This document shows, piece by piece, positions 1 through 11,820 of a stretch of DNA of 64,000 nucleotides (positions are counted from its first letter, which is position 1; every line of letters starts with the position of its first letter). Both the position numbers and the translations under genes were made by a program. The DNA comes from Candidatus Levyibacteriota bacterium. Lineage in GTDB: Bacteria > Patescibacteriota > Microgenomatia > Levybacterales > UBA12049. The notes under the pieces are model-generated. The model saw only the letters and a list, made by a program, of their open reading frames with translations. It was not told where the DNA came from and searched no databases. Where the stretch lies: contig JBPOIT010000002.1 in the NCBI GenBank assembly GCA_052034235.1, positions 5,939 through 69,938 on the forward strand. The letters run 5' to 3'.

Positions 1-103
1 TAAAAGGGGAAGGGTCGGATCATGGTTGTCTTCGTAGGCGCTTGCAGGTAATTGATGCGCTAGAGATAAACTATATGTAGTAACTGTTGCATTATTAGCC
101 TTA

Positions 104-430
104 TTATTTTGCTGCAGCCTTTTGCGCATTTTTTTCTTGTTCTGCTATTATGGCTTCTTCGGTGATCAATAAAGCTTCAATGCCTAAATATATACTGACG
201 ATATCTTGCTTTACTTTCATGACTGCACGGTCAAGCTTTAAATTCTTTACAATGAGATGATTGTTATACAATATTACTTCTTTCTCAATAATAGATATAA
301 AGTTGGCGTGCATGGGATAAATATCAAATTGTCCTACTTCGTTATGTGAAGTAATTCTATCGACATTACCCTCATAGATGAGGTCTTCGGTGCTTCTGAT
401 AGATACTTTAATAAGCTTTTGATCAGACAT
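104..430 (-). CDS. atpC: F-type ATP synthase F1 epsilon subunit
   Basis: 108-aa ORF immediately downstream of atpD, last gene of the atp operon. Size and position are typical; the N-terminal beta-sandwich-like sequence is consistent. Confidence 0.7.
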   Translation of the reverse strand: MSDQKLIKVSIRSTEDLIYEGNVDRITSHNEVGQFDIYPMHANFISIIEKEVILYNNHLIVKNLKLDRAVMKVKQDIVSIYLGIEALLITEEAIIAEQEKNAQKAAAK

Positions 431-447
431 AATAATAAAATGGTAGA

Positions 448-2839
<2,392 letters not shown>

Positions 2840-2877
2840 AGTACAAGGGTATCAAGCTACAAGAGATAGCACAAGTG

Positions 2878-4374
2878 TTATGCAGCTGGTGCAGCTGCTG
2901 GTTTTGGTTCCTGACCGAGTTTCAGGAGCGTATCTTTATGTTTCATGACATTTTCATTGAATGTCGTAATATCATGTGTATTTTTAATATCAAAAAGGAT
3001 TTTTTGCCCTCTGTAATGTGGGTAGATATAAGCCTTGATTAATCCATCTTTAATCCGTTCCAGCATATCTTTATCGGAAATAATGTTTTGCAAAATCATT
3101 GAGAGGATAATGAGTTGCACAGGTACGGGAACTGTTTCATGATAAGACTGGTTAAAAAACTTATAGACAAGCTCACCAAGTCGTAGGTTTCGTTTAACGT
3201 CTTCAGTTAATTCTTGTCCGAAATGAGCGAGGTTTTGCAGCTTGTCATAATTTGACAAAAAGGAAGTAAGATTTTTGTTGACTTCACGTGAAAGTTTATC
3301 AAGCGTTTGGCGTCCGACACGAGTAACAGAAAGTGGGATATTAACTGCAGGACGAAGTCCTGAATAGTAAATATTACTATCAAGATAAATGTGACCGTCA
3401 GTAATACCCATGACATTGGTTGAAACGTAACCTGTGAAATCTCCTTCGACGATTTCTATAACAGGTAAACAGGTAATTGATACTTCACCTACTGTTGGAT
3501 GTTTAAAATTGCCTCCTCGTTCTAATAGTTTTGAATGAACATAGAAAATGTCACCAGGGTAAGAATCACGTCCTGGGAAGCGGCGGGCGAGAAGTGAGAG
3601 TTCGCGATAAAACTTTGCGTGTGTTGAAAGATCGTCAAGAATAAGAAGTGTATGCTGTCCTTTATCTCGGAAATATTCAGCAATCGCCATCGCAGCATAT
3701 GGTGTTTGGAAAATAAGACTTGGTGAATCGTACGAACTGGTCGCAACAATAATAACTTTATCATTAATTTTTTCCTGGACAAAAAATTCTTGTAGTTTTT
3801 TAATGTCACTTTTTTTCTTTGCGATGGCTGCATAAATCGCAATAACACCCTCACTGACTTGTTTTTTGATTGCTGTCAAAAGAACTGATGTTTTTCCAGT
3901 TTTTCTATCACCGATAATAAGTTCGCGCTGGCCTCGCCCGAGGGGAATGAGTAGATCAATGAGTGAAATACCCGTGGCGAGTGGTGTTGTTATTTTTTGT
4001 CTTCCAGAAATACCTATTGGTTTTGCATCAAGATCCCGCATCTCTGTGGGAGGAGTATATTTAATAGATGGATCGAGCAGTTCTCCTAAAGGATTTATTG
4101 TATGCCCCATAAGTTCGGGTCCTACTGCGATGGAAAGTAATTCGTCAGTACGGGTTACTTTTGTTCCAACGCGTACCGGTTCATGTGAAAAAATTCTCGC
4201 TTCAATTTTACCTTTATTGATCGAAAACACTTCTGCCTTTTGTCCTGTCTCAAACATAATAACTTCCCGTGTTTTTACATTGGGAAGTCCTTCAATAAAG
4301 ACAATAGGATGACTTACCTGAAAAACAATGCCGTATTCACCAGTTTTTTTGAGATATTGGTTAAATGGATCCAT
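2878..4374 (-). CDS. atpA: F-type ATP synthase F1 alpha subunit
   Basis: Walker A GDRKTGKTS and alpha-type nucleotide-binding domain; operon position. Short Pro/Ala C-terminal tail EPKPAAAPAA. Confidence 0.92.
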   Translation of the reverse strand: MDPFNQYLKKTGEYGIVFQVSHPIVFIEGLPNVKTREVIMFETGQKAEVFSINKGKIEARIFSHEPVRVGTKVTRTDELLSIAVGPELMGHTINPLGELLDPSIKYTPPTEMRDLDAKPIGISGRQKITTPLATGISLIDLLIPLGRGQRELIIGDRKTGKTSVLLTAIKKQVSEGVIAIYAAIAKKKSDIKKLQEFFVQEKINDKVIIVATSSYDSPSLIFQTPYAAMAIAEYFRDKGQHTLLILDDLSTHAKFYRELSLLARRFPGRDSYPGDIFYVHSKLLERGGNFKHPTVGEVSITCLPVIEIVEGDFTGYVSTNVMGITDGHIYLDSNIYYSGLRPAVNIPLSVTRVGRQTLDKLSREVNKNLTSFLSNYDKLQNLAHFGQELTEDVKRNLRLGELVYKFFNQSYHETVPVPVQLIILSMILQNIISDKDMLERIKDGLIKAYIYPHYRGQKILFDIKNTHDITTFNENVMKHKDTLLKLGQEPKPAAAPAA

Positions 4375-4398
4375 ATATATTGTAAAGATTAAAAAGTA

Positions 4399-4947
4399 TT
4401 ATGCTTTGGGATGTGTCGTCTCATCGTGCTTCACAGGTGGATGGGGAAGGTTCACGGTTACCGTGTTTGTTGGAGAGGATTTTTCGACATATTCATTAGT
4501 AATAGTAATAAATTTATCCTTTATCGTATAGTCTACATCTTTACCATTATAATTAAGTATTGCACCTGCGATAAGCCTTTTATCGACGTTTATATCAAAA
4601 AGTACCTGATTTTTGATATTCATAACGAACCACTCCGATAAGGTTTTAAGAATTTTATCAGTTGGCTCAAAAGCAATTTTCAATGTGAGAACGGGGAGGA
4701 GTGCAATTTCTTTTTGTACAGATCCAAGAAAATCTTTCAGTTTATTTGGTGACTCAGGCGAGACATCATTGTCGCGAAACATTGCGAGTAATAGTTCTTT
4801 CTTCTTGAGTCCAAATTCTTCCATCAGTGTTTTATCTAAATCGAAATCCGTCTCATAAATTTTTTCAGAGACACGAGCGATGCGGGAAGAAAAATCAGTT
4901 GACTGCGCTTTTGTTTGAAAAAACGCTGATAGGTCTAAGGTGTTCAT
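4399..4947 (-). CDS. atpH: F-type ATP synthase delta (OSCP) subunit, with C-terminal extension
   Basis: 182-aa ORF between atpF and atpA; OSCP-like helical N-domain. Sequence is divergent, so the call rests mainly on operon position. Confidence 0.6.
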   Translation of the reverse strand: MNTLDLSAFFQTKAQSTDFSSRIARVSEKIYETDFDLDKTLMEEFGLKKKELLLAMFRDNDVSPESPNKLKDFLGSVQKEIALLPVLTLKIAFEPTDKILKTLSEWFVMNIKNQVLFDINVDKRLIAGAILNYNGKDVDYTIKDKFITITNEYVEKSSPTNTVTVNLPHPPVKHDETTHPKA

Positions 4948-4950
4948 AAA

Positions 4951-5643
4951 TTAGGAATCAAAAAGTCCTTCTTTTTTTGCTTTTTCAAATGAATCAATCA
5001 CGAGTTTTTGTTGATCCTCAAGTGATATTGATTTATTCAAAACATCCTGTGATACTTTTTGAGCAATTGCCAGTACCATTTGCTCTGTCTGTTTCATTCG
5101 TTCGAGTTTATATTCATCAAGTTCCTTTTGAACACTAGCAAGTTGATTCTCATTAAATGCTTTCATTTGGTTTTGGAGGTCTTCAGCGAGTTTTCTGGTG
5201 ACACTTTCGAATTCTTTGAGTTGCGTCTGCAGTTCATTATCAAGTCCTTTTGAAACTTCACCGACGTCTTTTAAGGATGTGTTTGTCAATTCCTTGAGAG
5301 AAGCGGCATAAGAATTAAGAACAACACGTCCAGTTTCGACTGATTCTTTTTGAATATCATCAAGCATTTCTTTGAGTGCATGATCAACAACTTCTTTGGA
5401 GCCTGAGGATACATATTTTGCGTCAGTAATAATTTTGTCAGCCTCGCTGGTTGCATCATCGAGAATTTTACGTTCCTTGGAAAGAGCATCATCTACGATT
5501 CTATGATATTCGGTATCAACTTTGTGGCGTTTGACTTCGAGTTCTTTTTCTTTAGCGTGCAGTCTAAAAGCGTACACGAGTACAAAAATGATGATGGTAA
5601 TACTTGACGTTATCGTCAAGAAATTGTAAAGCATGGGCAGCAT
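4951..5643 (-). CDS. atpF: F-type ATP synthase Fo b subunit (long form)
   Basis: Single N-terminal TM helix followed by ~190 aa of charged coiled-coil; located directly upstream of atpH. Confidence 0.55.
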   Translation of the reverse strand: MLPMLYNFLTITSSITIIIFVLVYAFRLHAKEKELEVKRHKVDTEYHRIVDDALSKERKILDDATSEADKIITDAKYVSSGSKEVVDHALKEMLDDIQKESVETGRVVLNSYAASLKELTNTSLKDVGEVSKGLDNELQTQLKEFESVTRKLAEDLQNQMKAFNENQLASVQKELDEYKLERMKQTEQMVLAIAQKVSQDVLNKSISLEDQQKLVIDSFEKAKKEGLFDS

Positions 5644-5666
5644 ACTTATTTATTTTAGCAGAAGTT

Positions 5667-6470
5667 TTATAGTCTGAGTATGAGGAATGCCACCGTGATA
5701 CCGGCAAGGATAATGATGACCACGATTGAGATGTTTAAAATTATACCAAAATGGATAATTTTACTCGCAGCAGGGTTTCTTCCGAGAGCTTCAACACCTT
5801 TTGCTGCAGTTCTGCCAAAGGTCATAAAGCCTAAGACAAATGACGCAATGACGACAAGTGCCGCCACGATATATTTAAAAACCGGAGTAGGGGCTTCTTT
5901 CGTCGGGAGAAGCGCGAACTTTAAAATATCTGTAAGTGAGCCAAGAAGTGTTGGTTTGGCGTTAAAATAATGTAGATTTAGTTCTACAGCAATTTTCTCA
6001 GTTTGTTGAGGATTGGGATTGTTAAACTCTTCAAGTGCCATACCTAAAACATATCCATCCTTGGTTGCTTTAACAGCTACGCCTGGGATTGTTGATGTTG
6101 TCAGCAGATCGCCTTTTTTAATTCCACCTTCTTTGGCGGAGACGAGCACATATAGTTTTCCAACAGAAATAACAGGGACACCATTTACGACGTCATCGCT
6201 TGCAAAAAGAATACCAGCATTTTCTGAAACAACACCAATAACTTGTGGATCATAGGGAATATTTGAAAGCTTTGCTCCAGTATTTGCTGAAGAGATAACA
6301 CTTCCATCTTTGACGTTTTTTTCCTGAACCTCTATCATTCTCGCAACGCCAAGTGTGCCGTCAGCCTGTCCGGCAATGTTAGAAGATTGTGCATGCGCAA
6401 CAGGCATTAGCTGAAAAAGTACAAAGCCCACTACAAACACGCTGACTAGTTTTCGTAAAAGGGAGAGCAT
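5667..6470 (-). CDS. Atypical atp-operon protein: signal peptide, periplasmic beta-rich domain, and C-terminal two-helix hairpin resembling an ATP synthase c-subunit loop but lacking the ion-binding carboxylate
   Basis: Start chosen at the internal Met (MLSLLRKLVSVFVVGFVLFQLMPVAHAQ, a signal peptide); the ORF track's 6602 start is unlikely. The C-terminal FGRTAAKGVEALGRNPAASK loop between two hydrophobic helices resembles the c-subunit EGIARQPE loop. No GxGxGxG motif and no Glu/Asp in TM2. Confidence 0.4.
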   Translation of the reverse strand: MLSLLRKLVSVFVVGFVLFQLMPVAHAQSSNIAGQADGTLGVARMIEVQEKNVKDGSVISSANTGAKLSNIPYDPQVIGVVSENAGILFASDDVVNGVPVISVGKLYVLVSAKEGGIKKGDLLTTSTIPGVAVKATKDGYVLGMALEEFNNPNPQQTEKIAVELNLHYFNAKPTLLGSLTDILKFALLPTKEAPTPVFKYIVAALVVIASFVLGFMTFGRTAAKGVEALGRNPAASKIIHFGIILNISIVVIIILAGITVAFLILRL

Positions 6471-6541
6471 ATACGTATCGTAACAAATACCTTGCAGTAT
6501 CCGCAAATACAGCTCTGTCTCTTTACGATGCTCTTTGTCAT

Positions 6542-7123
6542 ATGTTACAAGTAAGTAGTATGCCGCAAGACCCGAAAGCTCCAGTTCTTGAAGATGACAC
6601 AAAAGAACCTATGTCGCTTATGGTTGAACATCGTTTGCCATGGCTTATTATTGGTCTTCTTGGCGGACTTGGCCTCACTTTTGTTTCGGCAAGATATGAG
6701 AATTTACTTTCTCAGAACATATCACTCGCATTTTTTATCCCAGTTATTGTGTACATGGCTGATGCTGTTGGAACACAAACTGAAACTGTCTATATTCGCA
6801 ATCTCAATAAAAAGAGAACGCATTTTTCAGTCTATTTGATAAAAGAGGTAGGGCTTGGTATCTTTTTAGGGTTGCTATTTGGTGCGCTCACTGGTGTTTT
6901 TGCCTGGTTAGTTTTTCATTCAATAGCAACTGCGCTCAGTGTAGGACTGGCTATGATTGGAACTATGGCGATCGCTCCGGTTATCGCACTTGTTGTGCCG
7001 ACTATTTTAAAAATGGAGCATAAAGATCCAGCCATTGGTTCAGGACCGTTTGTAACAGTAATACAAGATTTCTTAAGTCTTGTTATCTATTTTTTCATTG
7101 CAACGGTAATAATCTTCAAGTAG
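6542..7123 (+). CDS. MgtE-family divalent cation transporter, transmembrane domain only (no N-terminal or CBS domains)
   Basis: MgtE TM-domain hallmarks: RLPWL, FIPVIVYMADAVGTQTETVYIR (the FIPxxxxxxGNxGxQS equivalent), and DPAIGSGPFVTVIQDFLSLVIYF. The true start may be an internal Met near 6611. Confidence 0.6.
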   Translation: MLQVSSMPQDPKAPVLEDDTKEPMSLMVEHRLPWLIIGLLGGLGLTFVSARYENLLSQNISLAFFIPVIVYMADAVGTQTETVYIRNLNKKRTHFSVYLIKEVGLGIFLGLLFGALTGVFAWLVFHSIATALSVGLAMIGTMAIAPVIALVVPTILKMEHKDPAIGSGPFVTVIQDFLSLVIYFFIATVIIFK

Positions 7124-7145
7124 ATAATGTAGAGGATAGGAGATA

Positions 7146-7274
7146 TCAACAGAACTCGCAGGATTTTGCTTTTTTCTTTGTTTTTTTTGCTTTGGTGACT
7201 TTTGTAGCCAAAGCTTTCGCAGCTTTTTTCTTACCTTTTGTTGTACCACTAGAAAAGAGTCCAAAGATAGCCAT
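7146..7274 (-). CDS. Possible small lysine-rich ORF (42 aa, MAIFGLFSSGTTKGKKKAAKALATKVTKAKKTKKKAKSCEFC)
   Basis: Hand-translated ORF below the 60-aa track cutoff, lying in the intergenic gap between the MgtE and P-type ATPase genes. No convincing SD. Very basic composition. Confidence 0.2.
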   Translation of the reverse strand: MAIFGLFSSGTTKGKKKAAKALATKVTKAKKTKKKAKSCEFC

Positions 7275-7304
7275 ATATTTACTCTAAATGAAATTTGTCT
7301 CTAT

Positions 7305-7333
7305 TGTCAAGTGCTTTACATTTCTTTTATAGT
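7305..7333 (+). promoter_or_regulatory. sigma70-like promoter TTGTCA-17-TATAGT for the P-type ATPase gene (predicts leaderless ATG at 7341)
   Basis: -35 at 7305-7310, 17-nt spacer, -10 at 7328-7333; the ATG at 7341 lies 7 nt downstream. Confidence 0.5.
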
Positions 7334-7340
7334 GAATATA

Positions 7341-10034
7341 ATGCCCGAATTGTCTTATTATTCTTTATCTCAAAGTGATCTTCTTACAAAGCTCCAAACA
7401 AGAGAAAGCGGGCTTTCTGATAGTGAAGCTGCAGAGCGGCTTACGAAAAATGGACCGAACACCTTAACTTCTAAAAAGAAAATTTCTGCTTGGTCATTAT
7501 ATTTTCAGCAATATAAAAATACACTGACACTCATCTTAATCATTGCTGCATTTTTAATTCTTTTCATCTATCAGTTTGGTGAGAAAGAACCTTCTGATCT
7601 TATTGAGGCTGGGCTTATTCTCACTATCGTTTTCATGATTACTATCCTGGGATTTGCTCAGGAATATAAAGCTGAAAAAGCAATTGAATCGTTAAAAAAA
7701 CTCCTTGCCTTTAAAGCCAAAGTAAAAAGAGGAGGAGTTGAAAAGGAAATTGATGTTGCTGCACTTGTTGTCGGTGATATCGTTATTTTAGAAGAAGGTG
7801 CAAAAGTGCCAGCAGATATTCGATTGATTAATGTGATGAGTCTGCGCATCAATGAAGCTTCACTGACTGGTGAATCAGTGCCAGTAAATAAGGAAGTGGC
7901 TGAAATTTCAGGAACGCAACAGCTCGGCGATCAAAAGAATATGGCATTTTCAGGAACGGCTGTTACTTCTGGGAGAGCAATAGGAGTTGTTGTAGAGACA
8001 GGAGATAAAACTGAAATTGGAAAAATAGCTCAAAGTGTCGCAGCAACGGTAGATGAAATAACTCCAATTCAGAAACGGCTTGATGAGATCGGTAAGATGA
8101 TTGGCTACATTATCCTCATCATCTGTGCAATCGTTTTTGTTTTTATTATGTTCTTTGCACAAGAATTTGCCCAGCAGCCGTTACTCCAGCGCCTTATCCA
8201 TTCGTTTATTGCAGCAGTAGCTTTAGCAGTGGCAGCAATCCCTGAAGGACTGCCTGCTGTTGTTACGATTTCACTTGCGTTAGGAACGCAGCGAATGCTT
8301 AAGAAGAATGCTTTGGTTCGCAAATTGAATTCTGTTGAAACATTGGGTTCAACAGATACTATTTGTTCAGACAAAACTGGAACACTGACAAAAGGAGAAA
8401 TGACTGTTACGACAATTTATTATGCAGATCAGCTCTATGAAGTTTCAGGTACTGGCTATGACACAGTCGGACAGTTTACTGATAATAAAAAAGTACTCAC
8501 CACATTTCCGTTCCAAGCGCTTCTTCAGGCAGGGCTATACTGCAATAATGCCAAACTGACAAACGGAAAAGTTTTAGGGGATCCGACAGAAGCAGCGCTT
8601 TTAGTTAGTGCAGCAAAAGCAGCACTTGCTCAACAAGACGGGGAGCGGGTTTTAGAAATTCCTTTCAGCAGTGAGCGAAAAATGATGTCAGTTGTCATAA
8701 AAACAGGCGATTCATATACACTGTACTCAAAAGGTGCGACTGAAGTTGTCCTTGACCAATGTTTCAGATTGGTAAGTGGTGATACGCAAAGGCCGATTGT
8801 TATTAAGGATAAAAAAGAAATTCTTGAAATAAATCATACCCTTTCGACAAAAGCACTTCGAAATTTAGGCTTTGCGTATAAAACACTTAGCAAAAGCGAA
8901 TTTGAAAAGAACAAAAATAATTACAAAGAATTAGAAAAAGGACTAACATTCCTCGGTATACAAGGTATGATTGATCCTCCTCGCATAGAGGTTAAACCTT
9001 TAATTGAACAATGTGTTTCATCAGGTATAAGAGTAATTATGATTACTGGTGATCATCCTGAAACCGCGAAAGCAATTGCTGGAGAAATTGGTATCAAGGG
9101 AAGTGCCCTGACAGGTACGGAGCTTGATAAAATGGATGAAAAAGCGTTCAGAAAAGCTGTTGAAGAAATTAGTGTCTATGCACGTGTCAATCCTGACACC
9201 AAACTTAAAATAGTTGCTGCATTGCAGGATAATGGTCATATTGTCGCCATGACAGGAGATGGTGTCAATGACGCGCCGGCACTGAAAAAAGCAGATATCG
9301 GCATTGCTATGGGAATAACAGGAACAGATGTCGCAAAGGAAGCTTCTGACATGGTTTTGCTTGATGATAAATTTTCAACCATCATAAGTGCAATTGAAGA
9401 GGGAAGAGGTATATTCCATAATATTAGAAAGTTTGTTGTGTACTTACTTTCATGTAATTTGGCAGAAGTTATTATTGTGTTTTTAGGCGTTGTGATCCTT
9501 CAGGATTTAGTTTTAACAGCAACGATGCTTTTATGGATAAATGTTGTCACCGATGGTATTCCAGCCGTTGCTCTCGGTCTCGATCCGGCTGAAAAGGGGA
9601 TTATGCGATACAATCCAAAGGTCTTCCAGACACAGATTATTAATAAGCGGTTATGGGTTGAAATGGTTGTATTTGGTATGTTCTTAAGCGTTTTTGTTCT
9701 TTGTGCTTACATAATGAATTTATCAGAGGGAATGCGAGCTGCTCAAAGTGCTGCCTTTATGAGTCTTGTTATCTTCGAACTGCTCAGCATCTTTTTAATC
9801 CGCTCACGATATCGTGTGTCTTTCTTTTCTAATAAATGGCTTTTGATTTCTGTTGCAGTAACACTCATGCTGCAACTTTTCATCACGTATGTTCCGTTTG
9901 TTGCAAATCTCTTCGCAGTAAACCCAGTACATATGAATGATTGGTTCTTTATTCTCGTTTCATGTATTTGGTTATATTTAGCATTTCAACTATTGCAGCA
10001 GGCTCTGAATAAGATCCCTGCGCTTAAGGACTAG
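7341..10034 (+). CDS. P2-type cation-translocating P-type ATPase (Ca2+/Mg2+-ATPase-like)
   Basis: DKTGTLT phosphorylation motif, [21 protein letters not shown] hinge, TGES actuator (LTGES), 10-TM topology. The track start 7311 is a GTG; the ATG at 7341 (MPELSYY) fits the promoter. Confidence 0.85.
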   Translation: MPELSYYSLSQSDLLTKLQTRESGLSDSEAAERLTKNGPNTLTSKKKISAWSLYFQQYKNTLTLILIIAAFLILFIYQFGEKEPSDLIEAGLILTIVFMITILGFAQEYKAEKAIESLKKLLAFKAKVKRGGVEKEIDVAALVVGDIVILEEGAKVPADIRLINVMSLRINEASLTGESVPVNKEVAEISGTQQLGDQKNMAFSGTAVTSGRAIGVVVETGDKTEIGKIAQSVAATVDEITPIQKRLDEIGKMIGYIILIICAIVFVFIMFFAQEFAQQPLLQRLIHSFIAAVALAVAAIPEGLPAVVTISLALGTQRMLKKNALVRKLNSVETLGSTDTICSDKTGTLTKGEMTVTTIYYADQLYEVSGTGYDTVGQFTDNKKVLTTFPFQALLQAGLYCNNAKLTNGKVLGDPTEAALLVSAAKAALAQQDGERVLEIPFSSERKMMSVVIKTGDSYTLYSKGATEVVLDQCFRLVSGDTQRPIVIKDKKEILEINHTLSTKALRNLGFAYKTLSKSEFEKNKNNYKELEKGLTFLGIQGMIDPPRIEVKPLIEQCVSSGIRVIMITGDHPETAKAIAGEIGIKGSALTGTELDKMDEKAFRKAVEEISVYARVNPDTKLKIVAALQDNGHIVAMTGDGVNDAPALKKADIGIAMGITGTDVAKEASDMVLLDDKFSTIISAIEEGRGIFHNIRKFVVYLLSCNLAEVIIVFLGVVILQDLVLTATMLLWINVVTDGIPAVALGLDPAEKGIMRYNPKVFQTQIINKRLWVEMVVFGMFLSVFVLCAYIMNLSEGMRAAQSAAFMSLVIFELLSIFLIRSRYRVSFFSNKWLLISVAVTLMLQLFITYVPFVANLFAVNPVHMNDWFFILVSCIWLYLAFQLLQQALNKIPALKD

Positions 10035-10103
10035 GGTACAATATAGCTGACTTGCTAAATATAAATTTATACGCTAGTGTTTATATAGAACTGTTTTCTG
10101 TCC

Positions 10104-10826
10104 ATGGATCTCGAAGCACAAATTGCTCAAACATCATATAATTTCCTCATGGTTGCCAGTATCCTGCTCTCAATCCTGGTTACTATTTCTCTACATACCA
10201 AACATCCAACTGAGCATTTAAAGAAATTTCTCTATTGGTCTATTGTGGCTGTTGTTATTATTCCGACGTTATATATGAGTGTGTCTACCATTTATCTCAA
10301 TGTCATATCATCAAGTGGTGGTCCAGTACACTGGCATGCAGATGTAGAAGTATGGAATTGCGGTAAAGAAGTAGAGTTAAAAGATCCGCAGGGCGTATTA
10401 AGTAATAAAATCGGAACAGCAACCCTTCATGAGCATAATGATAAGCGCGTACACTTAGAGGGGGTTGTCGTGCATCCTGAGGATGCGAGTTTAGGTAAAT
10501 TCTTTAAAGTAATTGATGGTGATCTTACCGACAATTCAGTTGTTGTCCCAACCAATAGTGGTCCATTGCCGCTGACGAGTGGAAGTGTCTGTGCTGATGG
10601 GCAAGTCGCTCAAATGCAGGTTTTTGTTTATCAAACCGATAGTGATGATTATTATTCACAAACCAAAATTGTCGATCCTGCACGATATATCATTTCTCCA
10701 TATTCAGCGGTACCCAAAGGAGATTGTGTGATTGTTGAATTTGGACCTGTGAGAGATCGGACAGACAAAGTTTGCAAAAGTTACCAAGTTGCAGAAAAGA
10801 TTGGTAAACTGAAAGGAGAGCGTTAA
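10104..10826 (+). CDS. Hypothetical membrane-anchored protein (2 TM plus Cys/His-containing extracytoplasmic domain)
   Basis: Two N-terminal TM helices followed by a soluble domain with HWHADVEVWNCG, CADGQ, GDCVIV and VCKSYQ. No recognisable family. Confidence 0.4.
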   Translation: MDLEAQIAQTSYNFLMVASILLSILVTISLHTKHPTEHLKKFLYWSIVAVVIIPTLYMSVSTIYLNVISSSGGPVHWHADVEVWNCGKEVELKDPQGVLSNKIGTATLHEHNDKRVHLEGVVVHPEDASLGKFFKVIDGDLTDNSVVVPTNSGPLPLTSGSVCADGQVAQMQVFVYQTDSDDYYSQTKIVDPARYIISPYSAVPKGDCVIVEFGPVRDRTDKVCKSYQVAEKIGKLKGER

Positions 10827-10830
10827 TTCT

Positions 10831-11535
10831 ATGGGCATAGATGTACCTACATTATCAATAGTTGTTATCTCAGCGTTAATTGATTCTATTAACCCATGTG
10901 CCATTGGTGTTTTGATTCTAATGGTTTCAGTTGTTCTTGGTGGAAAAGGTTCAATGCGACGACTGCTTATGTTGGGGGGATTATACATCGGCGCGATTTT
11001 CTTAACGTATCTTTTGGCAGGATTAGGGCTTATTTACTTCCTTGCAAACGTACCTATGTATGTTTCTGAATATCTCGCGCTTCTTGTCGGTGCATTTGTT
11101 ATCATTGCTGGCCTTTTGGAGATAAAAGATTTCTACTGGTATGGAAAAGGTTTCTCTCTACAAATTCCACCTGTTTTTGCTGAGAAGATACATAAATACT
11201 CAAAGAATGTTACCGTTCCAGGTGTTATGTTTTTAGGTGCATTTATCGCGGGGGTTGAATTACCATGTACTGGAGCTCCATATCTTGCCATCATTACACT
11301 TTTGTCGTTGAATTTTGATATTTACGCATTTGGCCTTCTTATTCTTTACAATGTTATTTTTGTTTTGCCGCTTATTATTATTTTGTTGCTAGTTGCGGGA
11401 GGTGTGAAAGTAAGTAAGATCAAAAAGTGGAAACAAGCAAACAAAGGGTATATGAGATTTGCAATTGGGTTTATGCTTATCGGTTTGGGCTGGCTCCTGA
11501 TCCTGATAGCAAACGGTACTATTAATTTTGGCTAA
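10831..11535 (+). CDS. ccdA: CcdA/DsbD-family thiol-disulfide transporter membrane protein
   Basis: Six-TM protein with the two family-typical Cys in TM helices, within INPCAIG and ELPCTGAPYL motifs (cf. SPCVLP/TPCTxP of CcdA/DsbD). Confidence 0.55.
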   Translation: MGIDVPTLSIVVISALIDSINPCAIGVLILMVSVVLGGKGSMRRLLMLGGLYIGAIFLTYLLAGLGLIYFLANVPMYVSEYLALLVGAFVIIAGLLEIKDFYWYGKGFSLQIPPVFAEKIHKYSKNVTVPGVMFLGAFIAGVELPCTGAPYLAIITLLSLNFDIYAFGLLILYNVIFVLPLIIILLLVAGGVKVSKIKKWKQANKGYMRFAIGFMLIGLGWLLILIANGTINFG

Positions 11536-11541
11536 TCATAT

Positions 11542-11814
11542 ATGATGAAACATATTGTTAAACGTAAAGGACATACTGAAGATTTTGATGAGCGCAAACT
11601 TTATGGGAGTGTTTTTTCGTCTCTTATGACGCTTCGAATGGCTGATGAAGAAGCGGAGGCAATCAGTCATATGGTGACAGATGATGTAAAAAAAGCAATT
11701 GCTGATAAAAAAGAGGTAACATCACAAACTATTCATACAGAAACTGCGAAAAGTCTTAAAAAATACCACCCAGACGCTTCTTATATGTACGACACGCATC
11801 GTGACTTGTCATAA
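11542..11814 (+). CDS. Stand-alone ATP-cone domain protein
   Basis: HIVKRKGHTEDFDERKLYGSVFSSL matches the ATP-cone V-KR-G--E-F---KL pattern (compare this window's NrdR: VIKRDGRREQYNREKLKAGLL). 90 aa with no other domain. Confidence 0.55.
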   Translation: MMKHIVKRKGHTEDFDERKLYGSVFSSLMTLRMADEEAEAISHMVTDDVKKAIADKKEVTSQTIHTETAKSLKKYHPDASYMYDTHRDLS

Positions 11815-11820
11815 AGCCTT

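Noticed and set aside
3207-4312. ORFs 3207-3416(-), 3522-3854(-) and 3866-4312(+) within atpA
   Set aside because: They overlap a highly conserved CDS in alternative frames; no independent signals.
5680-6255. Plus-strand ORFs 5680-5970 and 6013-6255 opposite the atypical atp-operon gene
   Set aside because: Antisense to a gene with a clear signal peptide and TM structure; their own translations are Pro/Thr/Ser-rich antisense artefacts.
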